Source: Perkinsela sp. CCAP 1560/9 (taxonomy: Eukaryota; Protista; Euglenozoa: Kinetoplastea). Taken from it: DNA of 64,000 bases. The stretch is taken from positions 1 through 64,000 of the forward strand of contig CBFFSA010000045.1 in the NCBI GenBank assembly GCA_965644495.1. The letters are read 5' to 3'. How positions within the stretch are numbered: position 1 is the stretch's first letter; each line of letters starts with the position of its first letter. The notes beneath the pieces were generated by a model. The model did no database searches and was not told the DNA's origin. It saw only the letters and a list, made by a program, of their open reading frames with translations. Shown here in pieces: positions 44,384-54,543 of this stretch. The translations under genes were made by a program, and so were the position numbers.

Positions 44384-45106
44384 ATGGTTTTCGGCTCTAG
44401 ATCCTGGAAGAAGGTATGCCAGGACTTAGATACTACCACCTACAAAGTACTCGAAGGAATTGAAGAAGGCACGGACCATTCTCCTCTCTCAGCTGATTCC
44501 GAACACATATACGTAGATGGGGCTGTCAGTTCAGAAGCAGGAAAACCAGCCGCGGGTTCGGGGATAGTTATTGTTAATTCAAATGGTGTAAGAACCAGAC
44601 AACACTTTTTACCACCGGAATGCACTTCACCGGATCGGGCTGAACTTCGCTCCTTTCTTTTAGGCATTCAGGCAGCTTCGTCTTCTACGAGGAACACAGT
44701 TATACATACTGATTCTCATTATGTATGGGACTGGTATCATAATGTTAGGGTTCGTTTTTCAATCATTGGACACGGTGGCATGCCAAATGCTGACCTACTC
44801 ACGCAGATACAAGGAGCAATTAAAGAGCGTTGTACAGATAGTAGTCTCTACGTTATTAAAGTGCGGGCACACTGCGGGAATTCCTTCAATGAAAAAGCTG
44901 ATGAAATAGCACGCAAAGCACAGAGAACAGCTGCACGTCGTTTTTCATGCGTCATTCACACGCAAAGGGAGGGAAACAAATCTAATCACGGTCAAAAAAG
45001 GGAGCATGATCTCCAAGAAAAATCTCCACACAAAGTGAATAATAATAATAATAATAACAAAAGACTATACACATGCAACTTTCAACGTACACTCTCCTTA
45101 GCGTGA
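44384..45106 (+). CDS. RNase H ORF, unit 20
   Basis: Motifs intact. Confidence 0.55.
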   Translation: MVFGSRSWKKVCQDLDTTTYKVLEGIEEGTDHSPLSADSEHIYVDGAVSSEAGKPAAGSGIVIVNSNGVRTRQHFLPPECTSPDRAELRSFLLGIQAASSSTRNTVIHTDSHYVWDWYHNVRVRFSIIGHGGMPNADLLTQIQGAIKERCTDSSLYVIKVRAHCGNSFNEKADEIARKAQRTAARRFSCVIHTQREGNKSNHGQKREHDLQEKSPHKVNNNNNNNKRLYTCNFQRTLSLA

Positions 45107-45131
45107 ATATCTTGAATCTCACAAATCCTAC

Positions 45132-45854
45132 ATGGTTTTCGGCTCTAGATCCTGGAAGAAGGTATGCCAGGACTTAGATACTACCACCTACAAAGTACTC
45201 GAAGGAATTGAAGAAGGCACAGACAATTCTCCTCTCTCAGCTGATTCCGAACACATATACGTAGATGGGGCTGTCAGTTCAGAAGCAGGAAAACCAGCCG
45301 CGGGTTCGGGGATAGTTATTGTTAATTCAAATGGTGTAAGAACCAGACAACACTTTTTACCACCGGAATGCACTTCACCGGATCGGGCTGAACTTCGCTC
45401 CTTTCTTTTAGGCATTCAGGCAGCTTCGTCTTCTACGAGGAACACAGTTATACATACTGATTCTCATTATGTATGGGACTGGTATCATAATGTTAGGGTT
45501 CGTTTTTCAATCATTGGACACGGTGGCATGCCAAATGCTGACCTACTCACGCAGATACAAGGAGCAATTAAAGAGCGTTGTACAGATAGTAGTCTCTACG
45601 TTATTAAAGTGCGGGCACACTGCGGGAATTCCTTCAATGAAAAAGCTGATGAAATAGCACGCAAAGCACAGAGAACAGCTGCACGTCGTTTTTCATGCGT
45701 CATTCACACGCAAAGGGAGGGAAACAAATCTAATCACGGTCAAAAAAGGGAGCATGATCTCCAAGAAAAATCTCCACACAAAGTGAATAATAATAATAAT
45801 AATAACAAAAGACTATACACATGCAACTTTCAACGTACACTCTCCTTAGCGTGA
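45132..45854 (+). CDS. RNase H ORF, unit 21
   Basis: Motifs intact. Confidence 0.55.
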   Translation: MVFGSRSWKKVCQDLDTTTYKVLEGIEEGTDNSPLSADSEHIYVDGAVSSEAGKPAAGSGIVIVNSNGVRTRQHFLPPECTSPDRAELRSFLLGIQAASSSTRNTVIHTDSHYVWDWYHNVRVRFSIIGHGGMPNADLLTQIQGAIKERCTDSSLYVIKVRAHCGNSFNEKADEIARKAQRTAARRFSCVIHTQREGNKSNHGQKREHDLQEKSPHKVNNNNNNNKRLYTCNFQRTLSLA

Positions 45855-45879
45855 ATATCTTGAATCTCACAAATCCTAC

Positions 45880-46542
45880 ATGGTTTTCGGCTCTAGATCC
45901 TGGAAGAAGGTATGCCAGGACTTAGATACTACCACCTACAAAGTACTCGAAGGAATTGAAGAAGGCACGGACCATTCTCCTCTCTCAGCTGATTCCGAAC
46001 ACATATACGTAGATGGGGCTGTCAGTTCAGAAGCAGGAAAACCAGCCGCGGGTTCGGGGATAGTTATTGTTAATTCAAATGGTGTAAGAACCAGACAACA
46101 CGTTTTACCACCGGAATGCACTTCACCGGATCGGGCTGAACTTCGCTCCTTTCTTTTAGGCATTCAGGCAGCTTCGTCTTCTACGAGGAACACAGTTATA
46201 CATACTGATTCTCATTATGTATGGGACTGGTATCATAATGTTAGGGTTCGTTTTTCAATCATTGGATACGGTGGCATGCCAAATGCTGACCTACTCACGC
46301 AGATACAAGGAGCAATTAAAGAGCGTTGTACAGATAGTAGTCTCTACGTTATTAAAGTGCGGGCACACTGCGGGAATTCCTTCAATAAAAAAGCTGATGA
46401 AATAGCACGCAAAGCACAGAGAACAGCTGCACGTCGTTTTTCATGCGTCATTCACACGCAAAGGGAGGGAAACAAATCTAATCACGGTCAAAAAAGGGAG
46501 CATGATCTCCAAGAAAAATCTCCACACAAAGTGAATATGTAA
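45880..46542 (+). CDS. RNase H ORF, unit 22 (native end KVNM*)
   Basis: Runs into the native 3' tail. Confidence 0.55.
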   Translation: MVFGSRSWKKVCQDLDTTTYKVLEGIEEGTDHSPLSADSEHIYVDGAVSSEAGKPAAGSGIVIVNSNGVRTRQHVLPPECTSPDRAELRSFLLGIQAASSSTRNTVIHTDSHYVWDWYHNVRVRFSIIGYGGMPNADLLTQIQGAIKERCTDSSLYVIKVRAHCGNSFNKKADEIARKAQRTAARRFSCVIHTQREGNKSNHGQKREHDLQEKSPHKVNM

Positions 46543-46922
46543 AAAGGGAAACTGAAAAATACAGAAGAAGGCAGCACAGTCAGGATTGCTCGTTCACTCA
46601 ACCCAGAAGCTAATACCGGGGATCCAGTAACGTTTTCTCAGTACAAGACATCACGGGGTAGACTGACGAATGCCCCCATTTTTGTGAAGAAAAGCCGCTA
46701 TATGTAATCGAAATTTGCTGTGTATAACTTTGCGCATTAATCTGGAACGCTTATTTTCAGGAGTGTTATGTCCTCTTGGTACATTTATTTATCAACGCGT
46801 TAATAATATTCTGGAGCATTTATGTATATTTCATTGCTAAATATCCGTACTCATACGAAAACACTGAGTGGGGTACGAAAACACTGAGTGGGGATAGTAT
46901 ACGGTGGTTTATTTGGCAAGCA

Positions 46923-47245
46923 GAGAACAAGTTGGCGCTGAGTTGCTCTTCGGGCATATGACGCGGCAATGAAGGCAAGAACTTGCGTACTGCTTAACCC
47001 TTGGTACCGCGTTGAATATCGATGGTGAAATATTGAGCTGAAAATGGCTAATTGTAAGATTGTTCTGGTTTGCTTGTGCTCGTTTGTACACGTTTTCTCC
47101 TAATTGCAAAAGAGGATAGGTCTCCTACCTCCATTCGCATAATCCGCGGTTTTGCCTATTCGTGATGTGGATAGATGTTTCAGTGCGCTAAGGAGAGTGT
47201 ACGTTGAAAGTTGCATGTGTATAGTCTTTTGTTATTATTATTATT
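46923..47245 (-). pseudogene. Decayed coding fragment, possibly an APE endonuclease N-terminus; source of the array linker
   Basis: Frameshifted ATFNV(R)TL-like and ..AI.(E).R-like pieces. 47186-47245 is the reverse complement of the linker in each array unit. Confidence 0.35.
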
Positions 47246-47272
47246 GATGGATTTGCGTTGCGCGATCCGAGG

Positions 47273-48443
47273 TTTTTGATTTTACAGCTGATAACGGTGT
47301 CAGAAATGCCCAATCACATAGTAAAATAATTTTTCATATACCATCCCAGAACTCACAAAAGGATAACGATAGCAATGACACTTGTCCCCTCGAAACCAGC
47401 AAAGCCTCAAAGTAAAAAAGAACAGTTCCCGGATCAATTATTGTATACGCGCCAATTGTTGTCAAACGTGATGAAGAATCAATGCAGAAGTAGCAGTATC
47501 TAATATATTCGAAAGGACCTAATATATTCGAAGGCAACTAATCAATACTTATTTGTACGGAGATATACGTGTGGTAGTGAACTCTTTTAGAGTCGTAAAC
47601 TCCCAATCCACTTTTCATCGGTGATGTAATCTCGGAGTTGAGACACTACCGTGTAAGCCGATAGCTTTTCAAGTTCCAGCTGAAAAGCCTCACGCACGTT
47701 TTCATATTTTCGATTCGCGCGCTGAGCCAACGCCTTTAATAGTTGTTTTGTGTCGTTGTGCAACACACCACAATCTGAGGCGGCGATGCAACGAAATGCC
47801 TCACTGTCCACACCTTTCTCTGTCACATATTTCTTGAACTTAAATATTAAAGATCTTAAATATTAAGAGATCTACATACATTCATATCCCCCCCAATAGA
47901 GAAATATTAAGAGATCTACTGAACTTCCTTTCCTGGGCTTGCTGCAGTAGGTAGTTGCTTGTTTGTTTCTTGTAATAAAAAAACAAAAATTTGTAGCTTG
48001 TAACTGTTGCAGCAAGTGTGAACCACTGTGAAATCATAGAGGACTTCTCCCATATGGGGCCACATGATAGCGAGGTCGGGGCCAGATCGAATCCTGCGCG
48101 CCTTACATGGATGTTGGTCAGAAACCTCCGCAGAAATAGAGCATTTACACTTTGTACAATAAAATGAGGAGTGAATTCGCGGTTCGATAACACACGGAAG
48201 TCCTGCCTTCGCGCACAAGTCAGCTAGATAGCGCACGATGTGAGAGTGTTTACGAGTGCAGTTCATACCTGAGCATCTCGAGCATCCTGCGATATGTGGA
48301 ATAATACTAGAAGATGTTTCTGGACCACAGCATCCCGGGCATACGACGTTTATTGGCGCTTTCGGTAGACTTATTCCAAGTCGCATCATTAGGGTGTAGC
48401 GGAAAAGGTAAGGATTCACATAGTTATTCGTACTCTCTAAATG
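47273..48443 (-). mobile_element. 5'-truncated CRE-family copy (knuckle + RLE + 3' UTR) inserted in the 177-bp satellite
   Basis: Protein similar to the C-terminus of 50186-53674 (NYVNPYLFRY..SGPDLAI..LYDFTVVH..VVSQLR). 7-bp TSD TCCGAGG (47266-47272 / 48444-48450) and a short A tail. Small internal insertions disrupt it. Confidence 0.85.
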
Positions 48444-49795
48444 TCCGAGGCAGCGCACATGCAAATCGCCGCGATTGAAGTCGTGAAGTCACAAAACTTT
48501 GATATGCCTTTTTCTGAAAACCGAAAGCTGAGACCACGCGCAGCACGCAGCGGCGCGCCAAAGTGGATTTATGCACTCGTGAGTGCGCGCTCCGAATGTT
48601 GATGGATTTGCGTTGCGCGATTCGAGGCAGCGCACACATCGCGCAAATCGCCGCGATTGAAGTCGTGAAGTCACAAAACTTTGATATACATTTTTCTGAA
48701 AACCAAAAACTGAGACCACGCGCAGCACGCAGCGGCGCGCCAAAGTGGATTTATGCACTCGTGAGTGCGCGCTCCGAATGTTGATGGATTTGCGTTGCGT
48801 GATCCGAGGCAGCGCACATGCAAATCGCCGCGATTGAAGTCGTGAAGTCACAAAACTTTGATATGCCTTTTTCTGAAAACCGAAAGCTGAGACCACGCGC
48901 AGCACGCAGCGGCGCGCCAAAGTGGATTTATGCACTCGTGAGTGTGCGCTCCGAATGTTTATGGATTTGCGTTGCGCGATTCGAGGCAGCGCACACATCG
49001 CGCAAATCGCCGCGATTGAAGTCGTGAAGTCACAAAACTTTGATATACATTTTTCTGAAAACCAAAAACTGAGACCACGCGCAGCACGCAGCGGCGCGCC
49101 AAAGTGGATTTATGCACTCGTGAGTGCGCGCTCCGAATGTTGATGGATTTGCGTTGCGCGATCCGAGGCACCGCACACGCAAATCGCCGCGATTGAAGTT
49201 GTGAAGTCACAAAACTTTGATATGCCTTTTTCTGAAAGCCGAAAGCTGAGACCACGCGCAGGAGCAACGGTGCGCCAAAGTGGATTTATGCACTCGTGAG
49301 TGCGCATTCCGAATGTTGATGGATTTGCATTGCGTGATCCGAGGCACCGCACACGCAAATCGCCGCGATTGAAGTCGTGAAGTCACAAAACTTTGATATA
49401 CATTTTTCTGAAAACCAAAAACTGAGACCACGCGCAGCACGCAGCGGCGCGCCAAAGTGGATTTATGCACTCGTGAGTGCGCGCTCCGAATGTTGATGGA
49501 TTTGCGTTGCGCGATCCGAGGCACCGCACACGCAAATCGCCGCGATTGAAGTTGTGAAGTCACAAAACTTTGATATGCCTTTTTCTGAAAACCGAAAGCT
49601 GAGACCACGCGCAGCACGCAGCGGCGCGCCAAAGTGGATTTATGCACTCGTGAGTGTGCGCTCCGAATGTTGATGGATTTGCGTTGCGTGATCCGAGGCA
49701 CCGCACACGCAAATCGCCGCGATTGAAGGCGTGAAGTCGCAAAACTTTGATGCGCCTTTTTCTGAAAACCGAAAGCTGAGACCACGCGCAGCACT
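48444..49795. repeat. 177-bp satellite, about 7.6 units (spacings 177/182/177/182/176/177/177)
   Basis: CGAGG anchor at 48446, 48623, 48805, 48982, 49164, 49340, 49517, 49694. Confidence 0.97.
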
Positions 49796-49895
49796 CGTGC
49801 AACCGGTATGATTCCAGAGTTCGCGTTTCAATGTCTTCCGATCTTTTCTTGCGGTTCTCTCCACCAGAACACAAGATTTCTGATACATGCACTTG

Positions 49896-50132
49896 CGGAT
49901 GCAAAGGGCACAGTTGTAGGCACAGTTGTTTTCAACTTGCAAAGGGCACAGTTGTAGGCAGAACTTCACGTAAGGGACAAGTTAAAATAAAGATTTCGTA
50001 CGGGCCAGAATCTGAGAGTGAAGGTCCAAGCGGTTTTCTTTACTTACCACAATCACACAAGATCAGAATCCGCAGTATTCGAGCAACAAAATTGCTGAAA
50101 GTTGAGATTCCAACTTTCTCAAACGCGGATGA
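49896..50132 (+). pseudogene. Fragment of a CRE-family N-terminal beta domain
   Basis: GTVVGRTSRKGQVKIKISY..GFLYLPQSHKIRI is homologous to 50780-50940. Confidence 0.75.
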
Positions 50133-50144
50133 TATTGTATTGTA

Positions 50145-53100
50145 TTTCTGTACCTTGTTGTTGTTTTTTTATATATTTAATCGCTATGACACGCCTTGCT
50201 CGCGTAGATTCTCAGACGTCGAAAGGCTTAGGTGTGAAAACTGGTCGATCGAAAGTGAAATCAAGCGTACCAGAAAAGAAATACCAAAAGAACAAGGAGA
50301 AAAAGCACGTAGTCAATGACTTTTCGGGCGACAAATTTGGCGAGACCATTCCCCCCACCCCGACAAAGACGAGAATACCACGAATAAGAATCATCGGAAC
50401 AACTACTACCCCCACCCCGACAAAACCGAAGAAAACGCCACGAATCAGAATCATCGGAGGAGAGCCACTTTCAAAGATTTGGGCAGACCACGGGACTGAC
50501 CAGGCTACTCACCACCTGCGAAACGAGACCTCCGAAGAACCGACTGATAGGGGTGAAGTTGCCACTGGCGAACTACACGAATCTCATAAAAAAGATCTGC
50601 GTGACGAATGTGACGGGATGTCGTTAGACAGCGAGTGCGAAGCAGAGCGAGAGATGGCGACACGGAGCAGCAGCTCAAAGTCAGCAGACCATGTACACAA
50701 CGTTGTGTCTAAGTGGGGAAAAGGGACGGAATGTGTAATCGAATGGGGATTCCGACAGAATGCCGCAACATACACTTCAAAAGGTATCGTTGTCGGTCGA
50801 TCTGCTCGAAAAGGAAATGTGAAAATCAAGATATCCTACGAACCTGCTCCAGGGAACGAAGGCCCAAATGGTTTCCTTTATCTTCCTCAGTCCAACAAAA
50901 TCAAAATCTATAGTCTTCGAGCCACCAAACTGCTTAAAGTTGAGACGACAATAAGAAACTTGGAGGAACAGGCGGACAACATTTCTAGTGAAGATGGTCA
51001 AAGCGACCTCGAACCTCTTCCACCCATGGCGCAAATCGATCCATCCTTCTCAGTCCATGTCGTGGCTATCTTCCGCGCAATCATTCGAGGCTATTCCGCC
51101 GTGAAACTCGACTCTGAAAAAGCAGCAATATGGCATAAATTCCTGAACGCACCCCGAGATTCGCTGGCTACAGTTCGTCAAATGTCTCGACGGAAACAAA
51201 GTATAGGACACACACGCAAGACAGAGGAACTATCAACAGAATGCAATCTCAGTGCAGATGAACGCGAAGAACTGCAGGTCGACAGACGCTCGATAAGAAA
51301 CGCATTGACGACCGCCCGAGCTTCGAATCTGGGGAAAGCCACCCGCATCATTGACAACGTATATAGGGACTCTGTGCTTACAGCCGACGAAAAAGTTCAG
51401 AAATTGAAGGAGCTACATCCTGAGGGCCATGCCATTCAAATCCCGGAAACCGATTTTCCACGCATTGGCATAGTAGAGAAATCGGAACTTCGGCTAGCCG
51501 TCGACAAGTTAGCTCGGGGAGCTTCACCAGGACCAAGCGGGCTCAGCGAGAGTATGATGCGTTTACTTGGGGACGACGATGAATCAAGCCTCTCATTGTG
51601 CCACATGATTCGGGACGTTATCAACGGTGAAATTCCGCTATGTGTTCGGAAACGTCTCACTCGATGTCGAATAATTGCCCTTCCGAAGCCACAGAATGGG
51701 ATACGTCCAGTTGCCATGGGAGACACCATCCTTAAAATTTGTGGGTCTATACTACTTCAGCGACATGAATCTTCATTAAAAGCTTTCTTTGCGCCAATCC
51801 AACGAGGAGTGTTGTGTAAGAATGCCTGCGAATCAATCATTCATGAGTTGCTACAAGAATACGAAGATGGACATGCGTTGCTCGCGGTCGATTTCAGCAA
51901 CGCCTACAATACGCCACGGCGCGATACCATTGCACAGGCCCTGACGGAAAACTCCATATTCAAACCTTTCATGCGATTGTTCTATTTGGAATATGGGCTT
52001 CCGTCAGAGTTACTCTTTTTCGCGCACAACTCTCTTTTCGCAACCATTGAAAGCACATCTGGTATTCGTCAGGGCTCCGCTCTATCTTCCATGTATTTTT
52101 GCGCACTTTTACAAGCCCCACTTCGAGAAGTCGCAAGTCTATACCCTGATGTCAAAATTCGGGCATACCAAGATGACGTGACCCTGAGTTCAAAAAATGT
52201 GCAATCGCTCGAGGCAGCTTTCCTCCATTTACGCGAAATCACTGGAGAGCTCAATCTGCATGTTAAGTTTCAAAAGTGCGAATGGTTCCAGAAAGATACT
52301 CCACGAACCGATGTACCCTTGCCGCTGGAACAACTAGGTGTCAACTTCCGTACCGATGCAATAAAAATTCTTGGAGCTTACATCGGCGCAGATGAAGTTG
52401 TAGAGAATCTTCTCCTGCAGAAAATGGAAAAACACAAATGCCTCTTTCGTCGCCTTTTGCTCATGGGTCCAAGTAACCTATCTCTCGCCATTCTGCGAAG
52501 ATGCACAATCCCGCGACAAGATTACCATTTGCGAGTCCATCGACCAAATGCCACCCTCCGGCTTGCACAATCTTTTGAAACACAGGTTCATAGAGTTTTA
52601 CAAAAATGGTGCGGTGCCGACGAAAATGCACTCAAACTCGCAGCACTTCCTCAAAAACTTGGTGGATTAGGTCTGATTTCTTCCACTCTGAAGCAGAAAT
52701 TTTGTTTTGAATCTGCCCGAACATCTATCGAAGAGCAATTTAAACCCATTTACGCTCCGGTAGATATTACAGGCGGAGTCAAGGCAATAGAAAAAGCTCA
52801 GAGCCGCGGAGAACTCTCGCAAAGGCTACTCAAAAAGAAAATAAGCAATGAACATGAAAAACAACTGGCAGAACTGCAGAAAAACACTGAGATTGAACAC
52901 ATCTTGAAGCGCACGAAGGAATCCAATTTTCATCTGGAAAGCACGAGTAACTATGTCAATCCCTACCTCTTTCGCTACACACTCAAGATGCGCTTGGGCA
53001 TCAGCCTGTCAAAAACACCTGCAAAGATTACATGCCCGGGTTGCTGCAGTCAAGAATCTCCTTCCAACATTATTCCTCACGTCGCAGGCTGTTCCCGTTG

Positions 53101-54095
53101 CTCTGGGATGAATTGTACGCGGAAACATTCCCACATTGTCCGCTATCTTGCAGAATTATGCTCCAAAGCAGGCCTGCCTTCCGTCATTGAACCGCGTATT
53201 CATTCATCATACTATTGTACCAAATGCAAATGCACCATCTCCGCGGAAGTGTCAGAACAACACCCGTGTAAAGCTCGACGAATACGTTCCGGCCCAGATA
53301 TTGCCATTATGTGGCCTCACATGGGCGAGGTCCTATACGATTTCACGGTCGTCCACACTTGCTGCACGAGCTACGTCAAACAGACCAGCAACGCTCTCTT
53401 ACAACAAGCAATCGACCGAAAGATCAAGAAATATGTCACTGAAAAAGGCGTTGATAGCGATTCTTTTCGATGTTTGGCCACTACAGACTGTGGCCTTCTG
53501 CACAGCGATACAAAAGCCCTTTTGAAAGCACTCGCTCACCGTGCCCAAGCGAATTATGAAAATGTACGTCATGCTCTTCAACTTGAAATCGAGAAGATGG
53601 GGGCATATACCGTAGTATCTCAACTGCGTGAATATATTCCGAAAGAAAACTGGATAGGAGGACTTCGGTTTTAGACACCCCAGAAGCCCAACTCAAATTT
53701 TTTATTATGGATATTCATATTGTTGTTGTTGGATATTCATATTATTTTCATTAATTATTATTTTCATTAATAGATCTTGTGAAGGTAATCGAAGCGTACA
53801 CGTAAAAAAACATAAAAGTATACGGATTGAAATTCAGGAGGGATTATATTTGAATAGGGATTCTGAACACTAGGAAATAAATGATGCTAAACCTGACTGA
53901 CACATGATGATGGTGAATTATCCAAACAAGTCATGGCTAGGCTTCGTCGCGCCAGACTCGTAAAAACATTGCTATCGTTATCCTTGTACGAGTTCTGTAA
54001 GTGAGGTTTGATTATGATTTCTTTTCTATATATGATTTACTATGTGTCCGGGCATTTTTATACAGGTTTTATTTTGTGTGACGTGTGTGCGGGCA

Positions 54096-54126
<31 letters not shown>
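50145..54126 (+). mobile_element. Apparently complete CRE-clade non-LTR retrotransposon (SL relic to poly(A))
   Basis: SL relic at 50145-50160, single ORF, 3' UTR, A28 tail at 54099-54126. Confidence 0.9.
50186..53674 (+). CDS. Single-ORF RT + CCHC + RLE endonuclease polyprotein (1,162 aa from the ATG after the SL relic)
   Basis: GASPGPSG, IRPVAMGD, VDFSNAYN, GIRQGSALS, AYQDD, GGLGL, CPGC..HVAGC, GPDI..YDFTVVH..KKY. Confidence 0.92.
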   Translation: MTRLARVDSQTSKGLGVKTGRSKVKSSVPEKKYQKNKEKKHVVNDFSGDKFGETIPPTPTKTRIPRIRIIGTTTTPTPTKPKKTPRIRIIGGEPLSKIWADHGTDQATHHLRNETSEEPTDRGEVATGELHESHKKDLRDECDGMSLDSECEAEREMATRSSSSKSADHVHNVVSKWGKGTECVIEWGFRQNAATYTSKGIVVGRSARKGNVKIKISYEPAPGNEGPNGFLYLPQSNKIKIYSLRATKLLKVETTIRNLEEQADNISSEDGQSDLEPLPPMAQIDPSFSVHVVAIFRAIIRGYSAVKLDSEKAAIWHKFLNAPRDSLATVRQMSRRKQSIGHTRKTEELSTECNLSADEREELQVDRRSIRNALTTARASNLGKATRIIDNVYRDSVLTADEKVQKLKELHPEGHAIQIPETDFPRIGIVEKSELRLAVDKLARGASPGPSGLSESMMRLLGDDDESSLSLCHMIRDVINGEIPLCVRKRLTRCRIIALPKPQNGIRPVAMGDTILKICGSILLQRHESSLKAFFAPIQRGVLCKNACESIIHELLQEYEDGHALLAVDFSNAYNTPRRDTIAQALTENSIFKPFMRLFYLEYGLPSELLFFAHNSLFATIESTSGIRQGSALSSMYFCALLQAPLREVASLYPDVKIRAYQDDVTLSSKNVQSLEAAFLHLREITGELNLHVKFQKCEWFQKDTPRTDVPLPLEQLGVNFRTDAIKILGAYIGADEVVENLLLQKMEKHKCLFRRLLLMGPSNLSLAILRRCTIPRQDYHLRVHRPNATLRLAQSFETQVHRVLQKWCGADENALKLAALPQKLGGLGLISSTLKQKFCFESARTSIEEQFKPIYAPVDITGGVKAIEKAQSRGELSQRLLKKKISNEHEKQLAELQKNTEIEHILKRTKESNFHLESTSNYVNPYLFRYTLKMRLGISLSKTPAKITCPGCCSQESPSNIIPHVAGCSRCSGMNCTRKHSHIVRYLAELCSKAGLPSVIEPRIHSSYYCTKCKCTISAEVSEQHPCKARRIRSGPDIAIMWPHMGEVLYDFTVVHTCCTSYVKQTSNALLQQAIDRKIKKYVTEKGVDSDSFRCLATTDCGLLHSDTKALLKALAHRAQANYENVRHALQLEIEKMGAYTVVSQLREYIPKENWIGGLRF

Positions 54127-54129
<3 letters not shown>

Positions 54130-54496
54130 TCCTGTTTCGCGACCGTGTCGCTGTCGACACAGGCCCGCGCCTGCGCCCTCCCATATAACAAGGGAAGGGT
54201 CCACAAGTCAGGCCGTGGTGAGGTCGAAAGACCCGGTCCGGAACGCGCGGATGGATTGGGCGTGGATTGCTTCCTTTTTTATTATTATTGTTATCAGAAT
54301 CATAAATAACTTAAGGCAGGTTGAATTACTAGTTTTGGGCTACAACATGTGAAATTGCTAATTTGATTGCTTGTTTACAAATCATATACCCCCCCCAATG
54401 GACCTTCATGGTTCATGTATTGGGTAATATAGAGGCAATGCCGCGTTTCATACTTCTCCCCCCTTATTAATCGCAAAAAAAAAAAAAAAAAAAAAA
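54127..54496 (+). mobile_element. 5'-truncated second copy of the structured poly(A) retroposon
   Basis: Homologous to 20698-21046; ends in A22 (54475-54496). Confidence 0.7.
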
Positions 54497-54543
54497 TATT
54501 GTATTGTTTGCTGCAACGAAACCTGAATTAAAAATCATGCTTA

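Larger units (their letters stand above)
29869..46537 (+). repeat. Tandem array of 22 copies of a 748-bp RNase H-encoding unit
   Basis: ORF starts recur every 748 bp. The array is interrupted once by the native 3' tail (32053-32438). Confidence 0.98.

Noticed and set aside
29956-46405. Recurrent 75-aa (minus) and 62-aa (plus) ORFs in the array
   Set aside because: They are alternative frames of the RNase H unit with no independent features.
48424-49969. Repetitive Arg/Cys-rich ORFs
   Set aside because: They are translations of the 177-bp satellite.
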